Positions 8,145 to 17,306 of a stretch of DNA of 27,345 bases are shown here, in pieces (within the stretch, counting starts at the first letter, position 1; every line of letters starts with the position of its first letter). The notes below the pieces were generated by a model, which was not told the origin of the DNA, searched no databases, and worked only from the letters and a program-made list of their open reading frames with translations. Made by a program: the position numbers and the translations under genes. The DNA lies in IMG/VR virus record IMGVR_UViG_3300048893_000050, positions 1 through 27,345 of that record. One strand, written 5' to 3'. The DNA is from a virus. Taxonomy: Duplodnaviria; Caudoviricetes.

Positions 8145-8476
8145 GCTGTCGTAGCCTCTAATTCGCCAGGTTCATAATAAATTATCTCGGTTGTCTGTCC
8201 CATATCGAAACGCTGTATATCAGTCCATAATCCTATGACGTTTTGACATAGGATATCTCCCAATGGCATTCCTGTAATCGCTTTGAATTGTGCCGTTAAA
8301 TCAAAATTGGTGACCACTTTAACGCCCAACAAAATTGGTTGGTCGTTACGATCGAAAATATTCATCACCCAATATTTATTCATGGCGTTCCATCTAAAAT
8401 AAAGAATGAAAATAGTGCTTGAGAGTGTGATCTGAGCTTGCCATGCTGCTGGTTCTTTAAATGGTATGATTTGCAT
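8141..8476 (-). CDS. Small baseplate (plug-type) protein
   Basis: RWN....W...I.D.....IL.G.K.V pattern. Located between Dit-like and hub genes. Confidence 0.75.
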   Translation of the reverse strand: MQIIPFKEPAAWQAQITLSSTIFILYFRWNAMNKYWVMNIFDRNDQPILLGVKVVTNFDLTAQFKAITGMPLGDILCQNVIGLWTDIQRFDMGQTTEIIYYEPGELEATTA

Positions 8477-9141
8477 TAAACAACTCCTGCGATTGCGCTC
8501 AAATTAACTAATACGTTGGGCAATACGGCCGTGGGAATGCTCGCCAAACTCTGCACGCCTACATTGGTGGCCGATGATGCCTGATCTTTTAAACTAAATT
8601 GTGGGTCATTCTGAATAATCGGAATGTTAGCATTCTCAGCCACAATAGCTCTTGGGGTAACATCTTGGATTCCTGCAAAAACGTTCCCAGTATCACGCAA
8701 TACTTGAATGGTATCATCGAAAACAATTTTTTGAAGTTGAATATTGAATGTAAGAGTTTGACCTGTTTTTATAGTTCTAGGTACATCCAAAGACGTAATT
8801 GCCATGTTTTTGTAAACTTTTAAGCCAGTCACTACATCTATAACGGTTCGGCGTTCGTGAATTTGAATCAATTGATTGAAGGCAGCGACCGAGCGATTGA
8901 ATGGCGCGAAGATATTTAATGGAGTGTCAGTGACAAGACCAGACAAAACCACTACATCGGGTTGGTTGATTATGTGATCGCTAACGATGGTTCCCGATTC
9001 AACTGGGTAATAAGTCACTCGTGAGCTGAACTTGTGTTCCTCAGAAACCATTGTGTCGAAAGTGACCAAAGAAACGCCTGTGTCGCGCTGTTGAATCTTG
9101 CTTTGAGCGTATTTCCTGCCGTATATGAGACTGAGAACCAT
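8476..9141 (-). CDS. Dit-like/tube-initiator baseplate protein
   Basis: E.H......T.YPVESG..VSDH....P and VTGLKVY.NM.I motifs. Follows the tape measure gene. Confidence 0.85.
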   Translation of the reverse strand: MVLSLIYGRKYAQSKIQQRDTGVSLVTFDTMVSEEHKFSSRVTYYPVESGTIVSDHIINQPDVVVLSGLVTDTPLNIFAPFNRSVAAFNQLIQIHERRTVIDVVTGLKVYKNMAITSLDVPRTIKTGQTLTFNIQLQKIVFDDTIQVLRDTGNVFAGIQDVTPRAIVAENANIPIIQNDPQFSLKDQASSATNVGVQSLASIPTAVLPNVLVNLSAIAGVV

Positions 9142-10229
9142 TATTCCACCTGAGGGTTATTATTTATGACCTCGCGGACTTTTTCATCCCAAAACGAATT
9201 CATGGATGCTTTGACAGTTTCCGCTATTATCGCTCCTTGCTGAGCGTCCGTAGTAGGAGGAACATTTACCTCAATCCTGTTATTGTTTGTGATACTGGAT
9301 TGATTTTGGTTATTGATGCGAGCGGTTTCCTGTTCGCGTAATCGTCTCCAAAAATCAGCGTCGTCTTCCATGACTTGACGCTGAACTTGTTGCAAATGAC
9401 CTTCACCAAAAGCTGTTAACACACCATCCACGATAGCTTCGCCAACAAATTTCAATGAGGATAAAATGCCTTCTGATTGTGTTTTTTCAGCTATCAAATT
9501 CAAACCACCGAAAGCCTGAGTTGCCAAAGGCACGGCAAACGATGCGACTTTATCAGAGAATTTCGTCCATTCCGTTTCCAATTGATTGATTTGAGTCTTG
9601 AATTGCTGAGCGATTTCTTTGTTTTTCGCCAGTGCTTCTGCTGAAATCCTTTCCTTTTCAATCAATTTGTCGAATTCGTCATCCGTCAATTTGAATAAGG
9701 CTTGAATCGCAGAAGACGTTTGAAGGTCTACCTTGAATATGTTTTGGATGATTCTCAACTGTTCGGATTCATCAGCAAATCTTTGAATATAGTGCCTAAT
9801 GTCATCCACGGCTTGTTTTGAAGTGGTCACTTGATTATTGACCATCAGCCTAACTGCACCATTCGATTGGGTAACTAAAGTCCTAAATTCGTTGTTAACC
9901 CCTCTTGAAGCCTCTTTTATTTGAATGGATAAATTTTCAAAGAAATTAGTGAAGGTTTCTGGGTTAACATCGAACTTTTGGAAAGCGTTTTGAAGTGCCG
10001 TTAAGTCACTTACTGACGTCTTTGTAAATTTAGCTATGGCATCGTTTTTTAGAATCTTGTTAGAGAAATCCTTAGCATAATCTACGATGCGATTAAATGC
10101 CGTTCTGATCGTCAAAGCAGCAATATCAAACTTCGTTTTGAAGTTCGATATGGCTTTCTCGAATTTGTCCAGATTGGTTCTATCGAAAGCGAAACTTAAA
10201 CGTGTAACCAGTTCTCTAGCAATTGTCAT
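9141..10229 (-). CDS. Tape measure protein (short, 362 aa)
   Basis: Helical protein after the tail chaperone. N-terminal IARELVTRL.F..D and C-terminal ITNNN.IEVNV are typical of tape measures in this tail type. Confidence 0.8.
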   Translation of the reverse strand: MTIARELVTRLSFAFDRTNLDKFEKAISNFKTKFDIAALTIRTAFNRIVDYAKDFSNKILKNDAIAKFTKTSVSDLTALQNAFQKFDVNPETFTNFFENLSIQIKEASRGVNNEFRTLVTQSNGAVRLMVNNQVTTSKQAVDDIRHYIQRFADESEQLRIIQNIFKVDLQTSSAIQALFKLTDDEFDKLIEKERISAEALAKNKEIAQQFKTQINQLETEWTKFSDKVASFAVPLATQAFGGLNLIAEKTQSEGILSSLKFVGEAIVDGVLTAFGEGHLQQVQRQVMEDDADFWRRLREQETARINNQNQSSITNNNRIEVNVPPTTDAQQGAIIAETVKASMNSFWDEKVREVINNNPQVE

Positions 10230-10474
10230 TTTCTAGTCCTTCTTCGTTGATCTTCTTGAAGGTCTAGCCGCATGTCTAGGAGTGCATTTGCCCTGTATAC
10301 ATCATCTAAATTCCATGTGCGCTCTAATTCCTCAAGAGAAGCTATATTCTCCATGACCAACCTCCAAACAGGAAATTCGTCTTTTATTTCCCTGTGAAGG
10401 TTTTCTTCGTAACGTTTGTCTGTATTGGTTCCTCCGAAAATGATGGGATTCCAATACCGAGCATTGAAAAAAAA
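10226..10474 (-). CDS. Tail assembly chaperone -1 frameshift extension (gpT-like); fusion product about 189 aa
   Basis: The -1 frame is open from the slippery run (10467-10477) to a TGA overlapping the tape-measure ATG. It reads ...FPVWRLVMENIASLEELERTWNLDDVYRANALLDMR... and fills an otherwise empty gap. Confidence 0.8.
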   Translation of the reverse strand, partial: FFFNARYWNPIIFGGTNTDKRYEENLHREIKDEFPVWRLVMENIASLEELERTWNLDDVYRANALLDMRLDLQEDQRRRTRK

Positions 10475-10794
10475 TTTGCGAAATTCACCTCAACCACGAA
10501 TAAAAGCAATTTGTAAAGCGAGGCCATATCCCCTGCAAATTCCAAATCAAAAGTGGCAGGTGTCAATTCCACACCGTTTTTTCTTACTCCTTGAATCATT
10601 TCCATACATAGACTTTCAAATAAATTTTCATCCAATGATTGAAACATAGATTGTAAAGCCGAAGAATCTGCACTCACAAAAAAAGAGCCAAACGTTTTAA
10701 TCAATTTGGCTTTGAGTCGAAGAGCACGCCGAGCAGGAAGTTGAGTGACTGAATAAGTCGCTCCGTCAATTATTTTTTCTCTTGTTTCGATCAT
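10384..10794 (-). CDS. Tail assembly chaperone (gpG-like)
   Basis: Located between tube and tape measure genes. VEVNFANFF motif sits at the slippery site. Confidence 0.85.
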   Translation of the reverse strand: MIETREKIIDGATYSVTQLPARRALRLKAKLIKTFGSFFVSADSSALQSMFQSLDENLFESLCMEMIQGVRKNGVELTPATFDLEFAGDMASLYKLLLFVVEVNFANFFSMLGIGIPSFSEEPIQTNVTKKTFTGK

Positions 10795-10817
10795 AACTTT
10801 CCCAGTTTTTCAGTTTT

Positions 10818-11249
10818 TTAAGATGAACTATTAGAACCGACAAACACATCGGCTTCACTCATGGTCAATATCCATTGACGATCGGAAATATCTTTGCCGA
10901 AGGACGAATTGGCGTATTGAGTTACCCATGCTTGAGCTGAGAAGTAAATCGAATTACCGCTTAGGTCTTTAACCAAAACAGGAAACACTCCTGCGTTTGT
11001 CGCTTCGTCAACAGCCATCAAACCGCTTAGAACGTCGTTGCTTGGGCTTGATTGCTTGAGGGTGAGGGTAAGTGTCCCTGAGAAGTTATTCGTCTTCCCA
11101 CGTGTCACTAAACCATCAGCTCCAACTACAGTATTCCAAGTAGGTTCGTTACGGTCGATTTCTAAAAACGTTCCATCGGAGAAACCAGACATTGGCACTC
11201 CGCTTATCGTGATAATGACCTGCTTTGGGTCGTATGTTCTAACTGCCAT
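10818..11249 (-). CDS. Tail tube protein, DUF3277-like
   Basis: TYDPK.V, VGADG, TL.Q.SPSN..L and KDLSG motifs. Follows the sheath gene. Confidence 0.9.
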   Translation of the reverse strand: MAVRTYDPKQVIITISGVPMSGFSDGTFLEIDRNEPTWNTVVGADGLVTRGKTNNFSGTLTLTLKQSSPSNDVLSGLMAVDEATNAGVFPVLVKDLSGNSIYFSAQAWVTQYANSSFGKDISDRQWILTMSEADVFVGSNSSS

Positions 11250-11262
11250 AATTGCTCCTAAA

Positions 11263-11279
11263 TGTAAAGCTGCTTTACA
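11263..11279. promoter_or_regulatory. 17-bp palindrome TGTAAAGC-T-GCTTTACA (copy 2)
   Basis: Perfect 8+1+8 inverted repeat over the sheath stop codon, just upstream of the tube gene SD. Confidence 0.55.
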
Positions 11280-13764
11280 CGCTTACGGTTCCTGTAATTT
11301 GAACGGCTTGGATTGCTCCAGCTAACGTCGCTTGGAATTTTACATTCTTCAAGATACGATTTGTTTTGTCTATCGCTGGCACTGAAGCGGCAGTTGGTAC
11401 GAAAATTTGATAAGCAGGGTCTTGAGCAATGAAATTGTTATCAATGCCTTGCTGCAACGCTTTTCTTATTTGGCCTTCAATCGCTGTGATTCCTGAATCA
11501 GTATAAGGAACTTTTGGCGAATTTACCAGAATCCTGTAAACGTAAGATTGAATGGTCGATGTCAACCAATCAACGCCTCGAATAATGTCAATGTATTCGC
11601 CTTGTGCCATTGTACCGCGTTGAGTGATCCCTACGCCTCCAATGTATTCATACGTGTTAGCTGATTTATTGAATGCGTTGTTTTCTTGCGTTGAACTCAA
11701 ATCTGAATAGGAAATCGAAGCCAACGTTTTGAACATCCAAGTTTCTGAACCCGGTTGGAACGGAAGAACATTACCGAACCAAGCGCACTCAGGATAATCA
11801 TCCGCTGCTTCTTCGTGATACATAACGAACGTTCTCACATACCCTGCGTTATTAAACAGAGCAGCGATTGAAGTTGTATCCACGCCTGCTGCTTGATTGA
11901 TGATATTCAAATCAGCGGAAGTGGTTCCAAATATTTTGATTTGAGTTTCAATCCATGCAGCAACCGCTTGAACCGTTGCGACTGTTCTATCGGTCAAAGC
12001 AAGAGCATACCAGTCATCATTGACGACTTGGATAGCTGTCAAATCTGTGACCACTGAACCACTTGGCACATATGGCTGAATAATCAAACCTTTTTGAATA
12101 ACCATTGCTTCGGCAGGAAGAACTTGAATCAAGAAAGCTACGTTTGAATCGCCAATGATTTCAAAAGAACCATCTAAATTATCCGTTGCCGAAACTGGCA
12201 CTGGACTAGTTATTGCGTTAATCAAGTCGACTAGCCCAGCCGCAATTTGCTCATTATCAGCCACATTGTTTGGGGCTTGATAAATGAACGAAGTTCCATT
12301 GATTAAAACGGTGTATGCTTGATTTGGTATTGCTTGAGTGATTAAAACTCTTGCTTGAACTGGATTTGTTATAGAAGTAGAAACCGCTAAAGTGTAAGGC
12401 ACTCCAGAAACGTCGGCTGTAATTGTTAGAGTTCCATCTGGTGTGGCTGGGGTTGTCGCAGTCACTCCTAAATCTGGGCTGAATGCGTTGATAGCATTTG
12501 CCAAAGCATCGGCGATCGTATTTTTGTCTGTGGGTTGATTCACGTTTACAATGGAAGCAGTCGCTTGAGATGCTCCTAATGTCACCGTAAAAAAGTCTAT
12601 TACAGCGGCTTGATTTGGATTTGCATGTAAATTTAAGACGTTATTATCATCTCCACTTACTGTCACGGTCGCTATACCTGGGCTAAATCCTACGTTTAAC
12701 GCTGTTTGGACTGCCGTAGCGATATTTGACATAGTTGTCAAATTGTCTGTGTTGAATACAAATCCACCTTCTGAAATCGTACAAACAGGTTGAGTTGCTC
12801 CCAAAGTAGTTATGACACTATTGACAGTGTTATTTCCTGGAGACGTAAACACAACTGTAATTTGTCTTGCCCCTGTGACCGTTGAACTCGCTACGCCTGT
12901 GGCCGTGCTGATTTTGGTTGCAACCGCTGCGATAGTAGTTGCTTGGTCAACACTGAACGTATTTGCAGAGAGAGCAACGCCATTAACTGTAGCAACGATG
13001 CTGTTTAAATTCACAAAGTCGATATCAAAATCCAAAATAGAAGTCACTGTTCCGACAATATCGCCATTCAATGAAACATTGATTCTATTTCCTGTCACCA
13101 ATGGGCCAGATTGAACCATTGTAGCGATAGGTTGACTTGCTCCACCAGTGGTCACTACGCTATCAACTAATGCGCTAGATGACGAAGCAAAAACGACTGT
13201 AATTTCTCTCGCTCCAGTGACGCTCGCGCTTGTGACTCCCGAAGCGGACATAATTTCTGTTGCTAAATCGCCGATGGTCGTAGCTTGGTCTGTATCCCAA
13301 AGAACAGCCGTTAAAGGTGCTCCATTTACGGTTGCGACGATAGAATTTCCAGTGACAAAATCAATGTCGAAACTAATAACCACGGTCACAATACCGCTTA
13401 AAGTAACGGTTGATTGTTGAACTGCCGTAGTCGAATTAATCGAGACATCATTGTCATTAATGGTTGCAGTATATGTTTGAGCTGGCATCGCTGTTTCTAC
13501 ATCTATGCCAACTGTGTCGACTGTACGCCGACCGATAAGCAGAAAGGGAGGAGTGACAGGCTGAGCAAAGAAATCTTGCGCTGCGATATATTCTTTATCG
13601 TATGGATTGAAATCAGTCGCGACTTCTTGCATATTGGCATATTGACGGACAAGATCATTCCAGTTTTTATTTGTTCCCAGAATCATCAAAGTCCCAAAGC
13701 CAGCTTCAGAGACGCTTTGAGTCTCCCTCGTGATTTGCACGTTTACGATACTGCTAAGTGGCAT
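11275..13764 (-). CDS. Tail sheath protein, DUF3383-like, with ~480-aa multi-domain insertion
   Basis: N-terminal IVNVQI..., C-terminal PGSETW.FK.L, GEYID.IRG.DWL, K.PYTD.G and LAGAI motifs. Confidence 0.93.
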   Translation of the reverse strand: MPLSSIVNVQITRETQSVSEAGFGTLMILGTNKNWNDLVRQYANMQEVATDFNPYDKEYIAAQDFFAQPVTPPFLLIGRRTVDTVGIDVETAMPAQTYTATINDNDVSINSTTAVQQSTVTLSGIVTVVISFDIDFVTGNSIVATVNGAPLTAVLWDTDQATTIGDLATEIMSASGVTSASVTGAREITVVFASSSSALVDSVVTTGGASQPIATMVQSGPLVTGNRINVSLNGDIVGTVTSILDFDIDFVNLNSIVATVNGVALSANTFSVDQATTIAAVATKISTATGVASSTVTGARQITVVFTSPGNNTVNSVITTLGATQPVCTISEGGFVFNTDNLTTMSNIATAVQTALNVGFSPGIATVTVSGDDNNVLNLHANPNQAAVIDFFTVTLGASQATASIVNVNQPTDKNTIADALANAINAFSPDLGVTATTPATPDGTLTITADVSGVPYTLAVSTSITNPVQARVLITQAIPNQAYTVLINGTSFIYQAPNNVADNEQIAAGLVDLINAITSPVPVSATDNLDGSFEIIGDSNVAFLIQVLPAEAMVIQKGLIIQPYVPSGSVVTDLTAIQVVNDDWYALALTDRTVATVQAVAAWIETQIKIFGTTSADLNIINQAAGVDTTSIAALFNNAGYVRTFVMYHEEAADDYPECAWFGNVLPFQPGSETWMFKTLASISYSDLSSTQENNAFNKSANTYEYIGGVGITQRGTMAQGEYIDIIRGVDWLTSTIQSYVYRILVNSPKVPYTDSGITAIEGQIRKALQQGIDNNFIAQDPAYQIFVPTAASVPAIDKTNRILKNVKFQATLAGAIQAVQITGTVSV
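12766..13392 (-). repeat. Two ungapped ~95-aa internal repeats in the sheath (aa ~126-220 and ~240-334)
   Basis: Manual alignment gives about 54 of 95 identical residues ([35 protein letters not shown]). Confidence 0.9.
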
Positions 13765-13773
13765 AGCCCCTCC

Positions 13774-14313
13774 CTAAGTTGGCGGAATTGTGAATGTCTC
13801 ATCATATACGATATTTCCAGAAGCATTTTCAAATACTTCTTGTAACTCAACCGTTTCGATGACACCTAAATTGTCTGTGTAGACATCAGCGATTCTAAAT
13901 AGAATGTCCATTGAGGCTCTTTGCTCATATCGCGAGTCTATTAAATCTGTAACATCATTAATTGGAAACCAATTTACAAAAACTATTCCATTTACTCGAA
14001 GACTATCTAAAACTGACTGTTTTTGCAACGAAGTTCTCAAATTTTGCATTACCGTTATGGGGTCTCCTCCATACGCTTGGACTTGGAGTGTAAACTCCCT
14101 ATCGCCCACCATTGCAGAATCGCCTGAAGTATTCAATGGGTCTTGCGTCCAGTCCCACCCGATTTGATTCACGCTCGAAATGTAAAGCGAAATGTAATCG
14201 ACCGTTGGCCTTGGTGCGTTGGGGTACAAATAAATAACTGGCATTCCGTTTGGGATATTAGCCACTGCCCAATTATAAAGATTGGTTCTTACAACCATAA
14301 AATCAATAGTCAT
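13774..14313 (-). CDS. Tail terminator / neck protein
   Basis: NAPRP...Y and YEQRA.MD motifs. Located immediately upstream of the sheath gene. Confidence 0.8.
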   Translation of the reverse strand: MTIDFMVVRTNLYNWAVANIPNGMPVIYLYPNAPRPTVDYISLYISSVNQIGWDWTQDPLNTSGDSAMVGDREFTLQVQAYGGDPITVMQNLRTSLQKQSVLDSLRVNGIVFVNWFPINDVTDLIDSRYEQRASMDILFRIADVYTDNLGVIETVELQEVFENASGNIVYDETFTIPPT

Positions 14314-14984
14314 AAAACCCCCGGCAATGGATGCAATCTAAGAGCAACAAACTTATAATGATTAGTTATGTTAAAATTAGCGTTATTTTGCCAGTCATTA
14401 ATATTAATTACTTCATAAACTATTCCAGTGAATGGAGCTTTTAATACGGTAATTTGGTCAGGGTTTTGCGCCGTCACTCCATAAATCTCAGTCGAAGTAT
14501 AAAATTTGAATTCGGCCTTGTCGCGTCGTCCTTCGGGAACCAATGCCACATCTTTGCCAAGCGGTTGAACGCTTGCAGTGGCAGAAATGATAAAGGGTGA
14601 ATTGATAATGGTTACAGTGGGTTGGCTTGCGCCTCCTGTGACGGTAAACACTGAAACGACTGAGAGCACAGGCTGCAAAGGAATGATGGTAATGGTCTTT
14701 AAATCGGCTGAAATATCGACTTGCTGAATGTTCGGTTGTAGCAATATTTTTGCTTGAATCAATCCCATTGTGACGGCCGCGCTCGTCGTGAAAGTCGTTG
14801 GGGTAAGCGCTACGCCATTAAGCGTAATATTGACAACATTCCCAGTAACAAGCACAGCAGATAAACCAATTTGGCTTCCTTCTTGCCACACTCCATTTAA
14901 ATAAAATCCTTGCGTGAAGCGTCGTATTTGTATAGGCGTTCTAAACACTTCAAATGGAGTCAATGGGTCAATAGGAGGAATCAT
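14310..14984 (-). CDS. Head closure/stopper-type protein with an inserted domain
   Basis: G.Y.NG.W.EG and ASVQP...LVPEGRR motifs, separated by a ~93-aa insert. Confidence 0.75.
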   Translation of the reverse strand: MIPPIDPLTPFEVFRTPIQIRRFTQGFYLNGVWQEGSQIGLSAVLVTGNVVNITLNGVALTPTTFTTSAAVTMGLIQAKILLQPNIQQVDISADLKTITIIPLQPVLSVVSVFTVTGGASQPTVTIINSPFIISATASVQPLGKDVALVPEGRRDKAEFKFYTSTEIYGVTAQNPDQITVLKAPFTGIVYEVININDWQNNANFNITNHYKFVALRLHPLPGVL

Positions 14985-15472
14985 GTTGGAATTACCACCT
15001 TGTGACGAACTGATTGAATCATTTGCCCGAAGTCAATCAAAGGCTTATCGCTCTTTTTTTGAGCTATCGTATAGGGTGAATTGGGAGGAGTACGAATTGC
15101 CCGGATCTTTACTTGAATCAAATCAACGCCATACAATCCTATCAAATTCAAAGATTTTCTAACGGTCGATTCTCCATCTATGATCTTGCCGTATTCGGTA
15201 GCGATGACGTTGCTAATTCTGTCTTGGTTTTCATCAAAACTAGTTCGCATGAAAGGACGAGCAGGAACGTTCCTACTTGGAACTCCGAACTCGTTTTCAG
15301 CCGCAATTTGAGCCATTGATTTGCCAGCTGCTTTGCGTCTTCCACCTTTCGATTGAGATTTTGTAACAGTGCCTTCTTGAAAACCGACTAAGACATAAGA
15401 ATTGCCGAGCTTTTCCATCTCAGCAAATTTCTTATCGTATTCTTTCCTATAATCTGAAAATGACTTAACCAT
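14981..15472 (-). CDS. Neck/virion morphogenesis protein (HK97 gp10-like)
   Basis: A.IAA.NEFG, PARPFMR and PPNSP.TI..K.S.KPLID.G motifs. Confidence 0.85.
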   Translation of the reverse strand: MVKSFSDYRKEYDKKFAEMEKLGNSYVLVGFQEGTVTKSQSKGGRRKAAGKSMAQIAAENEFGVPSRNVPARPFMRTSFDENQDRISNVIATEYGKIIDGESTVRKSLNLIGLYGVDLIQVKIRAIRTPPNSPYTIAQKKSDKPLIDFGQMIQSVRHKVVIPT

Positions 15473-15937
15473 TTAGCATCCTCCGCAACCACAACCACCT
15501 CCACCTCCCCAACCAAAACCGCATCCACAGCCAGCCGTGACTGGCATATTTTGAATGATACCCCCAAGCACTACAGGCAAGTTTGAGACGGTACTTCCGA
15601 TAGTTGTTCTCTTCACCAAATCCAAATAACTTCTTCCATAAGGCGTCATTTCTAACGCATTCATGTCTGAAGCTACATTATAGCCGAGAGACAAATCTCC
15701 CTCGGCTATATTGGAAATAATGCCAAGATTGGGATTGGCAGCTATTGTCAAATAATGAGCCAATAAAAAAGCAAATACACTCGGTCCACAGCACGATAAA
15801 AACTGAAAATTGACTTGGCATTTAATCAGGTCGTAAAGACCGTTATAATAGGCCAGCCTATCAGGATCAGTGGTGTAGAACTGTGGCGCATATAAAAACA
15901 ATGCGCTTATGACTGTATTACTTGAAATGGTCGTCAT
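15473..15937 (-). CDS. Head-tail adaptor, DUF4054-like
   Basis: AP.F, L.AH.L, EGDLS..Y and T.YG..Y..L motifs. Confidence 0.85.
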   Translation of the reverse strand: MTTISSNTVISALFLYAPQFYTTDPDRLAYYNGLYDLIKCQVNFQFLSCCGPSVFAFLLAHYLTIAANPNLGIISNIAEGDLSLGYNVASDMNALEMTPYGRSYLDLVKRTTIGSTVSNLPVVLGGIIQNMPVTAGCGCGFGWGGGGGCGCGGC

Positions 15938-16295
15938 TTTCTTGCTCAGCCTTCACTTTGGATGGATTCCTAATGGTGTCCAATTGCAATTGAGCTGCTT
16001 TGACTACTGGAGCACGCCCATCAGAATCAATCAGTTTCTTTAGCAATTTAATATCGAATATTTTAGGAATGTGTTCGAGCATGTCTTCCACGCTTCGTTT
16101 TCCATCCTTTCCAATATTCTCACCCATAATTTGAACCAATTTTTTATTGATCCTGGCTTGAAATAAAGGATGGGCTTTCATCAAAGCAAGCCTTTCTTCC
16201 GTGACTTCATTGATTCCAGGAAGAAGGCGAACGAGTTCGCCTCCTTTCAACATAACTCCAAAGACATTTTTCCCAGTGTAATTAACCAAAGCCAT
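15918..16295 (-). CDS. Hypothetical head-associated protein
   Basis: Located between capsid and adaptor genes. Start reassigned to ATG 16295, just after the capsid stop. Contains an LLPGIN motif. Confidence 0.7.
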   Translation of the reverse strand: MALVNYTGKNVFGVMLKGGELVRLLPGINEVTEERLALMKAHPLFQARINKKLVQIMGENIGKDGKRSVEDMLEHIPKIFDIKLLKKLIDSDGRAPVVKAAQLQLDTIRNPSKVKAEQENDDHFK

Positions 16296-16296
16296 A

Positions 16297-17289
16297 TTAG
16301 ATACCTTCCCCAAATGCTAGTGATAACGGATAATAAGTGATAATGCCGCCGTAGCGAGATTCACAAGGCACAACAAACTCTAATCCACGCTCTTGAGGAG
16401 GATATTGAGTGAATGGCATTGGAATTTCCATTGTCAATTTATCTGGATTCTTATCGTAAACGATAAAAATATCTGTTCCTGAACCACCAGAAGGAGGATC
16501 AATACCTGCTCCTGTCAACTCAGGCACCCAATCAACTGTAGTGATGAACGGGTTATTTTGGATGAAGTATTCCAAAATAGTCGTGTCACTTGTTGAACTA
16601 CGTGGAGTTGAAGCAATCTGAGTGTACTGCTCAATTGGCAGCAATACTGTGTTTGGCATTTCTACGCCTTTAGTCAGCTGAGGAATGCTGTTTGTGATCG
16701 AGTTCAAATCTCTCAAGATTTGATCTGGAGTTTTATTAATCCAAAGAGTCGATGCGCCCACGCCATCATTTGGCACAAGGTAAGCAGGAATGTTTGGAGT
16801 ATTCAGCAAGCCAAGGATTTGGTAAGTAGAATCACCAAACCAAGCCAAGCGATTGATCTTTTGGTCATTCGCGCGACGAGCTGCGTTAGCTTGTCTTTGT
16901 GTAAGAGAACGGCCAACATAAATGGCAGCGCGAACTTCTTGCACTGAATAACCATAAGAAACACCGATTGATTTGACTTGAGTGGTGTATTCTTTACCAG
17001 TGATGTCAGCTCTTGGGAGGTCATCTGCATAGGATTCAATGACCCTTGCAAGACCGACTTCTTCAAACTGAGCATACGTGATCGCTTGAGCACCTTCGCC
17101 AGCCTCTGTCGAGATGGGAATGTGCTTGAAAGCTTTCATTTCTGGGAATTCAATATCATAAGATTTACTTTTGATATATTCGAGTTCCCGAGCGAAAAAG
17201 AAAGTTTCGCCTGCGTCCTTTCTAAGACTAGCGAATTGATTAATCACCGCTAAGTCATGAAAGTTTTGGGTATTAGATAAATAATTCAT
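16297..17289 (-). CDS. Major capsid protein, DUF2184-like (HK97 fold)
   Basis: FFARELE, ADDLP.AD, YGYS..E..AA, AW.GD and GLLN.PN motifs. SD AAGGAG. Confidence 0.93.
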   Translation of the reverse strand: MNYLSNTQNFHDLAVINQFASLRKDAGETFFFARELEYIKSKSYDIEFPEMKAFKHIPISTEAGEGAQAITYAQFEEVGLARVIESYADDLPRADITGKEYTTQVKSIGVSYGYSVQEVRAAIYVGRSLTQRQANAARRANDQKINRLAWFGDSTYQILGLLNTPNIPAYLVPNDGVGASTLWINKTPDQILRDLNSITNSIPQLTKGVEMPNTVLLPIEQYTQIASTPRSSTSDTTILEYFIQNNPFITTVDWVPELTGAGIDPPSGGSGTDIFIVYDKNPDKLTMEIPMPFTQYPPQERGLEFVVPCESRYGGIITYYPLSLAFGEGI

Positions 17290-17306
17290 TGAATTTTCTC
17301 CTTAGA

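Noticed and set aside
10384-10395. GGGAAA near the chaperone stop as a lambda-type slippery site
   Set aside because: It is in the wrong phase (ACA GGG AAA TAA) for an X_XXY_YYZ heptamer. The AAT TTT TTT site fits better.
10512-10660. Half-sites TGTAAAGC at about 10512 and 10652 (also about 5875 and 14181)
   Set aside because: They lack the second arm and lie within coding sequence, so they are compatible with chance.
12812-13420. Plus-strand ORFs 12812-13114 and 13148-13420 (also 5308-5622 and 17725-17970) coinciding with the repeated module
   Set aside because: They are antisense shadows of Thr/Val/Ala-rich codons that rarely create reverse-strand stops, and they show no independent protein features.
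4260-14313. Interpretation as a tailocin or extracellular contractile injection system
   Set aside because: Capsid, portal, protease and terminase genes are in the same operon, so this is a phage head-tail module.
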